A stretch of 64,000 bases of DNA from Raillietiella orientalis. Lineage: Eukaryota. The stretch is from contig JAYWIR010000047.1 in the NCBI GenBank assembly GCA_036172245.1, forward strand, positions 434,001 to 498,000, written 5' to 3'. The notes below the pieces were generated by a model. That model was not told the origin of the DNA. It worked only from the letters and a program-made list of their open reading frames with translations, and ran no database searches. A program made the translations under genes and the position numbers. This document shows positions 49,955-61,093 of the stretch, in pieces; the stretch's first letter is position 1; every line of letters starts with the position of its first letter.

Positions 49955-50995
49955 CGTGACGTCCGGTCGCGTCGAGGCGTTTATTTATGTAAAAATAAAC
50001 ATACAGATCAGTGGCAGGAAGCTTGGTCCTTTCATGCTACACATGTATGCAAAAAGCGACCTGTCGAGAACAGGGGCGTAGGCCGGCAAGGTTCGCCTCG
50101 GCAGCAGAGAGGAAGGGGAAACAACAAAAAAAAAAAATAAAGCAGAAAATATATATATAAAAAAAATTGGGAGGGTCCAGGAAGGGATCACCAGGTGCTC
50201 GAGGGTGTCCTCTGCATCTTTTGCAGGATGCCGGCAAGTTACTGTTTTAAAGTTCCCAGATGGGATGATCTTGACGCTACCCTCATGAAGAGGACAGAAA
50301 AATAGATGGCATTCTGTTCTGGCCTCTGGCGTTGCTCCATGCAGCCACGATACCTCCGCGTGGGTAGCAAAGTGGGGATGCGGCCATCGTGAAGGCGTCG
50401 CGCAGGAAGAGGCGTTTCAAAACGTCTCTGGTTTGCCCTTGGGGATCCGCAGGGACGTGACAAAGCGTTCCCACAGGGGAAGGAAGGCAACACAATCCAT
50501 GAGCAGGTTTGGGAGGGACTCCGCCGCACCTGCTGCAGTTGGAGTTTGCACTCCCTCGGGTCCAATGGTGTTCAACGGTACGAGAAGCCCCAATGCAACA
50601 GAAGGATCGCCGACTCCTGCCACTTTAGGGGGAGGGTTGCACTATTCCAGAACGATGGAAGCCACTGTACCTCCTCCGGAGGAATTTGTAGCAACTCTTC
50701 CTGGCGCAGTAGTCTTCTTGGAGGGGCACTCGAGGTGGCAGCGTCCGTCAACTCCCGAGTTGTCCATGCACCCAGATGTTTTTCTCTCTGCTTCTAATTG
50801 TACACATCACTTCCTGCCTTGTCGGAAGGTACAGTGGTCCTGGCGTCAGTTCGCTGTTTGAAGTGTTCTCATGGACACTGAGTCTACGGGAAGGCTCGTG
50901 CGAGGGCAACCCACCCTTCGAACTCGGCAACGGATGCCCTTAAAAAATTGGTCCGTATCCAACAAGGCAGTTGATCGGAATCAATGCAAAAAAAA
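49955..50995 (-). mobile_element. L1/Tx1-type LINE 3' part (local family A)
   Basis: Shares the zf-RVT-like region (DPRECKLQLQQV...NLLMDCVAFLPLW), the 3' UTR (GCTGCCGAGGCGAACC..GCCGG), AATAAA and the terminal motif with the 27921 and 33392 copies. Confidence 0.7.
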
Positions 50996-51599
50996 AAACG
51001 ATTAGATTCTCCTGCGGCCGTCCTCCCCTGGCGCTCTTCGCCTCCCGAGCTTTCCGATGGAGGCGATGGTGTCGCCAATCGAGGAAGGCTCGTCGAGGTT
51101 TCGCCGCAGCCCCGCTCCTGGCTCTGGAGCGCGCCTTCGGCCAGCAGTCGCTGCAAGTCACGCTCCGTAGGTGCTCTCGCGTGAAGGGAGGACCTATATG
51201 TGCTAAAGGACTCTCAGGAAGACGATGCCTCAGACGACTGAATTCCTGAGACACTTGTGCACTGCCTCGAGGGGTGTCGACGGCTCTCTAAACTACTTCG
51301 TCCCGTTCCGCAAAGACGTCTTCGAGAGGCACTCACCCAAGAGACTGCGCAGGGGACAAACAACCTTCGGGCGCAATTTTCATATCCTCTCCCGGTTGCA
51401 GGCTGCCCCCTGCAGCCACGCCTGGAGTTGTTTTTTCTTCACCCAATTACACCGTGTGCGAAACAATATTGACCTTTACCACAAAGCAGTCGAAATGAAA
51501 ACAAAAAGTCATCCTTCCGCAGCGGGAGGGCAGTGAGGGCAAACTACCCTCTGGCAAGTCGAAGAGGAAGTCAGTGATCAGAGAAAGTTTGCTGAAAGT

Positions 51600-52900
51600 G
51601 GATGACACACGGGAAAAAATAAATAAATTTCTAACAAAGAAAAAAAAGGTTCCAAGATGTTGAAGAGGGGAAGGGATCACAGCGTACTCCTGGAGTCCTC
51701 TGCATCCTTTGCTTGATGTCGGCAAGTTTCTCCTCGTGCTGTGAGTGAGTTGCGACGTCTTAAGGTGTCTTAAATAGGAGATCACCATCGGGATGGCGTT
51801 TCTGGTCATTTGTGACAGTACAAAGAACTGCGATCGACGTCTCAGGAGACATCCCGCCACGAGTGAAGAGGCGCCTCAGTAGACTTTTTGGGTTGCCCAG
51901 TCACGCAGCCTAAACGCTCCCAAGCACCCTGGAGGGCAGCACTCGACAAGCAGGTGAGCGAAGGTTCCCCTTCCGCCACACCTGCTACAGTCTGGAGCCA
52001 CTCTACCCATGGTCCAGTGGTAAAGGGCTTGCGTTGTGTGGGTCAGCCCAATTCAGCGGTCGCAACTCCGAATCTTGCCACTTCACTAAAGCTGGCAAGT
52101 CGGCAGGAGATGCAAGATACTTTTGCCGGCGTTTTCACCTGAAGAAGAAATGTCTTCCGATTTTGAAGGAGGTGGCAGTAGCGTCTTCGCATGCCGTGGT
52201 CTCGATCAAGATCGGTAACGCATCCCTTCGATATCTGATGATGCCATTCTCATTCTCTTCGCGATTGCTTTTCTTCACAATCTTTTTTGGTTCTTCCCTT
52301 TCTTCTGCTAGTGACCCGTTATCACTGTCGTTCTTGCCACGTGCCTCCGAATCCTCGTAAGGATTTATGGGTGTGGTTTGGAAGAGCCCTGAGGATTGCT
52401 CCGGCGTTCATTTTTATTTTATTTTATTTTTTCTTAATCTTCTTTGAGGGTTTCTCCTTGTGCGCCACGGTTTTGCAGAAGGCGATCGTGGAGATTCTAA
52501 TGTTCGCCTCAGGGCATACCGTTTTTTTCACCTGGAGCCGTGGCATGCATCTTCGGGCACCTCTTCTTCAGGTTCCCGGCCTGGCTAGAGCAGTTTCCCC
52601 TTGACTACGAGACGACAAATTGGTTGTTGACCAGCAGCTCGTGAGGCAGATCGGAAAGCCATGAAGCCAAGCCGCTGGACAACCTCCGGGATCTCAGGAA
52701 GGAGTTGCGCTTAGCACACTTGATAGAGAGCTCACCGTGCCATACTGAGAGGGCTGGCGGACGACATCCGCTTCCGTCGTCGTCAGCGCTATACTGGTGT
52801 GGCGGACCACGATCGAGCGGAGAGGCTTACGGCTGCCCGGTCGATGTTGATCAGGGTTCTCAATAGATCCTGAGCGAGACCAGCATCACCTGAGAGCAAG
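51600..52900 (-). mobile_element. L1/Tx1-type LINE 3' half (local family A, 3' end truncated)
   Basis: GAAGGGATCAC...CCTCTGCATCC...GATGTCGGCAAGTT at about 51670-51730 is homologous to 28130-28190 and 50180-50240; a zinc-finger-like region lies at about 51900-52080. Confidence 0.6.
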
Positions 52901-55199
52901 TTCAACATGACCTGACCCCCACTAAGGATCGTGAGCCTGTAGAGTCCATCCTACCTCATACCTCAGCTTTTGACCGAGCTCTGCTCTCCGCGAAAGGATT
53001 CTGCGGCCTGCAACCTGGCTCGAGGTCTACGCGGTTAATGGGAGACGCATCCTTGGAGATTGCCTTCCCTTCCATTCCTCTGGAAAGAGAAACTGCTGGT
53101 TCTCTTCCTTGAAGTAACAGTGTCTCCTGGCACATCTGCCATTCTACTGCTATCTCACACACCACCAAATCGAGTGGAAAAATCGACTTTTGAGCAAACA
53201 GGCAGACAGCGCCTGCTAACTTGCCGTCGCTCGTTCTCCGCTAACTTGGGATGAAAATGTAATATAATTTGAGAAATCACCAAGGTGACCCCTGCTTCTG
53301 AGCATCAGTGATGAGTGTCAATGTTCTTTTCTTCGAGATAACGAATGTTTTTTTTCTAGTTCTCTCAAGAGAATGGTTTCCGAAACTTCTTGCACAAAGA
53401 TTGCAAGCAGAGTAAATGGTCTTGCATTTCCGGTTCACGCTTTGGTATGTGCAAGATGGCGAGCTCAGTCGTTCTTTCGCTAATGCTTACTTCCTCAAGT
53501 TTTCTTCTTTTCCTACGGGTTCCGCTCTGGAAATGCGGATGCAGAAAGGTCGCCCGTTGGTGAAGGGAAGCAAGAATCTGTAGAGGAAAGGAACTGCAGG
53601 GTTCGGATGCCGAACTATCAGCCACGGTTCTCCTGCGCAAGAATCGAAACCGCAGAGTTGATTCCTGTATCTTTCCTGTGCGTTCCCTGAGACGGAAGGC
53701 ACACATCGAGACGCGCCTTGCATCTTAAGAAAGACAAAATTTCGAAGATTCCAGAATACAAGAAAGCCGCTAGTCTCTTCCTGCTTTAAAAGCAAACACG
53801 AGGCTAAAAGAGATTAAGTCTGAATCCATGAATCTAAATTTAGTGAGACTTAAAGACCATAAGGGCAGTTTCCGTTTTGCATGGCTCCAGTTATTGTAGC
53901 ACTACATGACCCTACGACAATCATGTAAGTGCTTTTTAGGGTTGCATGAAGAAAACTCGAGAGGTTGCACAAATCCGAAAAATGGTATTACCTCCTTGGC
54001 TTTATCACTGGAACGAGAAACGGGACCACGTTCGGAAGCAACGCGAAGCCATGAAGTGCCCTCGGTGCCGCGTTCAACTAACGTGTTGCTAATGCAAGCC
54101 GCTAAGAGTTGGTAAAAAGAGGAACTATCACAACTCCCAGCAGACACGGGAAAGACATTCTGTAAGGTTGTAGTTGACGCGCGTTAAAATACATTACAGG
54201 ACACTGTGAATGTGTGATCTAGAATAGAAGCGAAGGTACATATTTCGTACGTGCGTTCGGAGACAGACACTTCAGCCCATGGACTGGGACCCAGTCCAGG
54301 GACAGCCCCTCTTGCGAAGACAAAGAGGCCAGAGACACCTTTTTTCATTCAAAACTATAATTATGTTTCCATGGATTTCCTTATTCAGCACCCCAAAATC
54401 GTTGCCGTACATCATGAGGAGCAGCACCGAGCAAGTGTTCCAGGTGCATCTACATTCCTCGGTCCCATTTGTCCATGCAGTTTGGAGACTGCCTTGATAG
54501 ATTTCATCATTCCTTGAGATCCGGGTAACTCTTTGCCAGCGTGCGCAGCTGCACATATTCTGCTACGCACGTTGCGTCTCGAGCGCAAGACACCTGCGTA
54601 GCCTTTCACCTGCTATGGAACTCTCTTCCATAATCTCTCGATCCGCGTCCGGCTATCGGATTTCTCGGTGCTCGTGCAATGGAGATAGGCAGCGTGCAAC
54701 CCCACATCCTGTGGGAGTAGGGAACATGCCACGACAGCGCGTTCTCACGTACCGGACGTTCTTTTCAGAGAATCAGCAAACTGCGTCCGTGGGTCGACAT
54801 GTCGGAGGTACGTCGAGGGCGTGGAAGCCCTCGAGGGAACGAAACGCCGGAAGAAGCTTGCGGCGAGACGGACATCGTGCTGGGGGAGTACGAAGAGCCA
54901 CAACGGACTACAGGCACTCCCGCCTCGGCCGACAATCCTGTGGCGGGCACATGGCCGGCGTATTTCAATGAGCTTTGCTCTTTCGCTGATCGCGCGTTTC
55001 TCTTTGGCGTTTCGGGGAGTCTCGCTGCTCTGACACTTGGGCCCACTTTGCACACCCATGAAGCAACCCACTGAAGAGAAAGCAGGAGGAAAGGGAGTAT
55101 TAACTGCGCTTCTGGTGTGCGTCAGACAAAAACAGGATGAAGTTTCATGTGTGTAGGAAACTCGGATGCCAAAGGGTTAAACGAAGTTTGAGGTCTTCC

Positions 55200-55720
55200 G
55201 CGCAGTGGAACGCAATAGGCTTTTCTGTTGCGTTGATTCCGATCAACTGCCCTGCTGGATACGGCCCAATTTTTAAGGGCATCCGCTGGCGACTTCAAAG
55301 GGTGGGTTGCCCTCTCACAAGCCTTGCCGTAGACTCAAGTGTTCACGAGAACAATTCAATCGGCGAGCGGCCGCCAGGACCACTGGGAACAGTAGGTGCA
55401 CGAACGGCCTTTCATCATGAAGGAAATTGGAGCACCAGACTTGCGCCAGAAGCTTTCTCTGGACTCCTGATTTCGCAGTCATGAGAAGGTCCGAGGCTGC
55501 GCACGTCCGAAAGGGACCCGGAGAGGTGATGCAAATATGCTTGTGTGCGAAGAATGACATTGCCCTTGGGGCTGATCACGTGCCCCCAGCAGGATTTGCG
55601 ACAGGATCCTGCACGCTTTCCCGGTTCCATATGGGCATCTGCCTCAGGTAAGCTGCTCAGCGAATGGGGATCGACTAGAGCCGTGCACGAGGCCGCAGTC
55701 GACAACACCGCCGGGTCTTC
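55200..55720 (+). mobile_element. L1/Tx1 ORF2 fragment, inverted relative to 50830-51000
   Basis: ALIPINCPAGYGPIF (+) matches ALIPINCLVGYGPIF (50940-50990, -), with nucleotide similarity over about 170 bp. Confidence 0.6.
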
Positions 55721-56883
55721 AGCCTCAAGATACTGCTTGCAGGATGGCGAAAACTGTTCTCACAAGTGGAGAATAAGAAAAGTTAAAAAGTTACCTTTTA
55801 CTTTTTTGTTCATAGAGACTTTTCAATTGACATTTGCAATAAATTTCTTGGCGATTTCTCAAGCTGGGACGCAATGTTTCTACTTTTGAATTGGATGCTC
55901 TAAATTTCTCGGTAACATACTTTGCATTCAAAATTCCAATCGACGTTAAGCAGTACTTTCATTTGCTTGAAAATGCAGTGTGCGGTGAAGTTAGTGGCAA
56001 GAATTTGTTTTAGATCTATGTGGGCATAACTGCATTAACTTACTAACACAGGCGGAAATTATGCTGCTCTCAAAACCATTTAATAAAAAGTTCTGTACAT
56101 GTATCCATTGTGCCAACGTTTGTATATGGGTTTGTATGACGTTACCGCAAAAACGCTTATAAGCATTTCAAGTGTAATAAATACTAATCTTGTACGAGTA
56201 CTTCATGCTTGTTGTCTAATTCACACTTTGGAAACAACATGCCTATATTACAACTGTGGTATTCCTTTAGTAATTTGCAACCGAGTACCATGCTCACATG
56301 TTCAGCAGAAATCCTCTGCATTTTGCTGACAATTATAAAATATTTATGGGGTTTCAGATTCTGCACACTATGTTTCCTGATACTCAATTATTTTCTATCT
56401 GCTATAATGTCATGTGAATCATCTTTGTTTTGTGAATCCATCTACTGATCTTTGCAACCAAAGATGACTACATTAGTCTTTGTCCACTTGTAATCAAAAG
56501 AGAATCAATGCATAAAATGGCCCCAAAACAAAATGAAGTCTTGACATTATGTTAATTTGAATTTCTGATACAGATTTGCTGCCATGAACTTTCTTGCATA
56601 CTTGCAAATATTAAAAATATTTAATATATAGTTTCTTTCACACTTTTTAATGATTTACAAGGGTTTATAAACCTCTCATGCATCAACATTTAAATAAAAG
56701 ATTATGCTCCACATATGACGTGACAAGAATTACAATAAATCTTAAGTTAATAAATAATAACTTTAAAGAAATATACTTGGATTTGTGTTCAGCACCCTGA
56801 AGGAATCACATATTCATTTTTGATATATCCATACAACTTTCACAAAGTAAATGGGGATGATCTAGTGAACAAGGAATGAATTA

Positions 56884-58015
56884 TTAATGTCGAATTTTTG
56901 ATTTTGTATTCACTTTCTCTACTTCCACATTCTTCTTTGCCTTGCATTTTGTTTCATTTGTGTTTTTAATTCTAGCTTTCTTCTGAACAATTTTTGGAAT
57001 TGTGCTGCAGTTAATTAGATATTTCATTTTTCAAGTCACATACGTTTATTAATTCAAGTACTCACAGTTCTTCACTCTGCTGATTCCTCCTAGAGACATC
57101 AATAGCTTTCTGTCCTTTCAAATCAGACTGAAATTTTATTCTTTAAAAGATTGTGCATTAGGAATTCCTATACAAAAGTTGTACCTTTTTACAGATTTCT
57201 TGTATCTTTCATGTGGGCATGAATGATTGGTTGTTTCATCTGCTTCTATGCACATTTCTGCTGCAACCCAAGTTTCCTGATTCTCAAATTTGTCATTGTT
57301 TTTTGAGCCAAAAATGCATGCCAACTCAGCATTTGAACATTTACTAAGATCTTTTGCACTCATATATTTGTCATAACTAATACAAAGATTCAGATGTATT
57401 TATAAATAAGGAAGAAACTCGCAATGGGTGAGTTGATCACTTACCGATTTTTCTTATACTCCATTAAAGTACAAGAATCACATTCTAAGGATTTGTGCTG
57501 CTTACGTTGGAAATTTGTAGAATTATTGCTATCATTCAAAGAATTCAAAAGATCATCATACTGTTCTGTATATACCTCCCAATGATTCACTCTCTCTTTG
57601 TAGCCAAAACCTGAGACATGGACAAACTCAAATTATATCCACATGAATTACAAACTTGATTTAACTAAATATCATAATTATAAATCAAAGGAGGCCTGAT
57701 GAAGCATTGATCTTTAATAGTATGGTCTGCATTAGTCTTAACTTGAAATTATGAATATGATAACAAAAATCTTGAAATCATATCATTACCAATGATGTGA
57801 TATGAATAGAAATCCAGGAAGATATAATTTACTTTGAAATTTTAGTTATCTTTAATGCCAACAGACAGATTTTATGGGGCAGGAAAACCATAACCTTTCA
57901 TATCAAATTTCTGCATTGGTTTGATTATATCTTTTCTTCCAGTTTCTGCTTTTCCCAAACCTTTGCCTTCGGACCAACCCATTTTCTCCAGTAGATGACG
58001 TCCACGATTGTACAT
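56884..58015 (-). CDS. PINX1: PinX1-like G-patch domain protein; exons 58015-57895, 57610-57445, 57376-57185, 57089-57066, 57004-56884 (about 207 aa)
   Basis: MYNRGRHLLEKMGWSEGKGLGKAETGRKDIIKPMQKFDMKGFG is a G-patch motif. NHWEVYTEQYDDLLNSLN, SLE...KKNR and YDKYMSAKDLSKCSNAELACIFG match the PinX1/Gno1 post-G-patch blocks (W.....F..LL..LN; KDL......L.CIFG), followed by a Lys-rich C-terminus. Introns are GT-AG with consistent phases. The last two exons are less certain; exon 3 could instead read through to the stop at 57136. Confidence 0.8.
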
Positions 58016-60599
58016 ATTTTCCAAATTTATTCATTAAGGTGAATTTTATTTTGGGGGAAAATATAGCAATAGTTCTTTTTCTTTTCTTGAGAAATGCAAA
58101 TCGATGAACAGCTAACCTCTTAAGATAAACACACAATTCTGATAAACAGCAAAAATAACCTCTGCATTTCGTATTGTACACGGACATCGAAAAACTCGGC
58201 ATTTGCTACGTTTTTTCGATACAACTTTGGTAAGTCAATCAAATTTATCATACAGAAAAATATTTCAGCCTAGCAAATACGCAGACGCATTCATCACACA
58301 TTTTACAAAAGTTTTACACATTTTCGATTAAAATGGGAATTATCAAAAGTTTCATTTAAAAATTGAGCGAAAAAAACCATGGCACTCGAGCGTGATTGAC
58401 ACCCTTTTTGATTCTTGGAATGTAAAGTAATCGCTCCTTATATTATAACGAATAGTTGTCACGACAACTACAGTGTGGCTCTCGGTCCAACGTATCGCGA
58501 AATTCTGCTCATGATGAGCACTCTTGTCTGCTACCTCCTGATCCATAGAGGTATGCTTGCAGGTCTTACAGGGACCATAAGATAAACGTCTCAAGATAAT
58601 AGACTAAGCAATATGAAATACTTGCTTTGGGCCTGTGATATTTCTGGAAAGCATGAGGAAATAATGTTACAGTACACTGCAATCCCATCTTGGATGAGGA
58701 TTTTTATGAAGAAAGCTTAGAGCTGAGTTGTTTTAGTTGGAAGCATTAACTTGAATAACATGGATTTGAATAGTTTATCCAAAGATTATATCTATCATTT
58801 GAATAAAAAAAAAATTATGCGTTGTTTTTAGCATTATGCATTCTTGAAAGTCAGAGATCAGACTAAAAAGAGTGAAAAAGCGACTAAATTTCAATCTAGC
58901 TTAAGTAAGCCCAGATGTCACATCACGATAAATTATTTTGGAATTGAAAAAAAAAAATTATAAACATCTCATTCTTAGGACGATTGAAAATTTTGTCATT
59001 GCCTCTGAGTTTCTCTCATCCAAGCATTTAACTTCGGTTGTTGACTTCGTCGGTTGTGTTCAACACTTGCTCAACAACAGTTCAGAAGGAAGTGTACTGA
59101 GAGTACACTGTCCTCGTAAAGTTCCAGTTTTGAACTTGAATTGCCATGATGTCTACAGACAAAGGCTATGGCTTGGTGCTGTTGTGTGCTTGAAGTGCTG
59201 TCGTCTATAAATTCAATTACTCTTTTACTTGAGCAGCAGTCACTCCTCTCCTTCAAGTGGTTAATTGATCCATCGGTGATGAGATGGGATTTTCTCATGA
59301 AATCCGTTGAGGATTTCTTCTTTCTACTCCTTCGTGATACTTCCCAAGCAAACATATTGAGGATTCAAGACTCCTCATGCCTTTACTCCTGATGACCAAT
59401 AATTGGCTGATTATTCATCATGGTTGGTCTTTATAGAACCACACCATCTTGAATAATTCTATAGAGGATCAATTATAGGAGGGTTTGTTTTTTTCATAGT
59501 ACTACTTGGAACCACTTACTCTGTACCTTGCCAAGTACAAATTAGAACAGACCCCACCCTTTGACTACCATTTGTAAGCTCTCTGGTCAAAGCTATCATT
59601 CAGGAAGATTTTTTTTTAAAGACTAAGATTGTGAACAGAAAACCTAGCACAGGAAATTTTCAGTTTTCGGGACACCAGCTGACTTGTATCAAGGGTCAAA
59701 TCTCTTTGCACGTTATCCTGTAACCTGAAATCCCTGTATCCTGAAATTCTCGCAGATTCTTGAAGAACAGGAAAACTTTGGAAACTGGAAGTCGCCCTAT
59801 CCATTGCTATGAAATTCGGGTAGAAACTAGAGTGTTTCAGCTTCATAACCTTGTTTCCTTCAGAGAGAGTATTTTGTGTGTCCTCTAGGAATTACTACAG
59901 GCAACAGCGAAATCTGTTTTTTACTGAAACATGATTTATGCAGACCTACCCGAACGTGATCCAAGAGAACCAAGTTCTTACATTCAAATGTTCTTATCTA
60001 ACCAAAGAAATGGTAACTCACAGTGAACTTCACAGTGAATATGACATTGCCTTGGTTCACATAAGCTGTTGCAAGGGTGCAGTAGAACATGAACCAAATA
60101 TTCAAGGCTTTCGAACCAACTTTGGAAGCAGGGTTTGACTCTCGAGAGGATTCTCTGGTTTATTCTCCTCACATAGCCTTCTTGTTCTTCAGGAATATTG
60201 AAAGTGAGATTAATATGCTAAAAATTCAATACTATCTCTGTTGGGAGCAAGTTTACGAAGCTTAGGAATCCATAGCTTCTGCTTGAATTACTTAATTAGA
60301 AGTCAAGAACATTCTAACCATTAGCAAGAAGTATATATACGGAAGGAAGCATCGAAGATTTTTGATAATTCAAACTCGAAAGGTATTTTCCTAAGCAGCT
60401 GCCAAAATTGTATACTTGCAAATGAAGGCATTCACAATCCAGACTTGTGATCATTTGTTTTGTGTGTAATATCCTAATTTCAATAAAATTATCTGATTTT
60501 TCATATAGAGATGCATGAAAAAAATGAATGGAACTACTGAGATTATCATGACCATGAGTTAGAAATGTACTTCAAGGTAATTCCAAGAGAGAGGGCACG

Positions 60600-61093
60600 A
60601 GAAGTATGGTCTTTCTTCCATTCACTCGCCAAGGTCGAGGTCGGAGAACACCGCCAGGGACTTGATGAAGCCATTCCTCAAGAGTGACGGGCTTTCATCA
60701 CGAGGCGGGAAAGCGACTGGATGTTGCATCTGCACCATCGTAGCCACCTGGCACGTGTTGAAGCTTCCCGCTTAGCGACAGGAGGGGTTGCCCGCATGAT
60801 AGCCGCCAGAATGAGGACTGCAGACAGGTGACCCATTTTGGAAGTCGTGAGGGTGCTGGGCCGGTTTTATGACCAAAGAATAGTCAAAACCAAAGTCTCT
60901 ATTCTCTCTCTCTCTCTCTTTTATTTATTTATCGTCTCGTCTCGCTTCGAACTTCCTCATGTGATCGACCTGCGTGTCGACGATCCTTCCTCTCGAACTC
61001 ATTCTTTTTGGAAAATCGATTCCCAATTTATTTGAAAGTTTGTTTATTTCTTTATTTATTTTTGAAGTAAATGACCCGGAGTGACCGAGTGAA
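60600..61093 (+). mobile_element. Diverged LINE 3' end (related to family A)
   Basis: GC-richer segment followed by a T-rich UTR, AGTAAA and CCCGGAGTGACCGAGTGA, the same terminal motif as the 27921 and 33392 copies. Confidence 0.5.
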
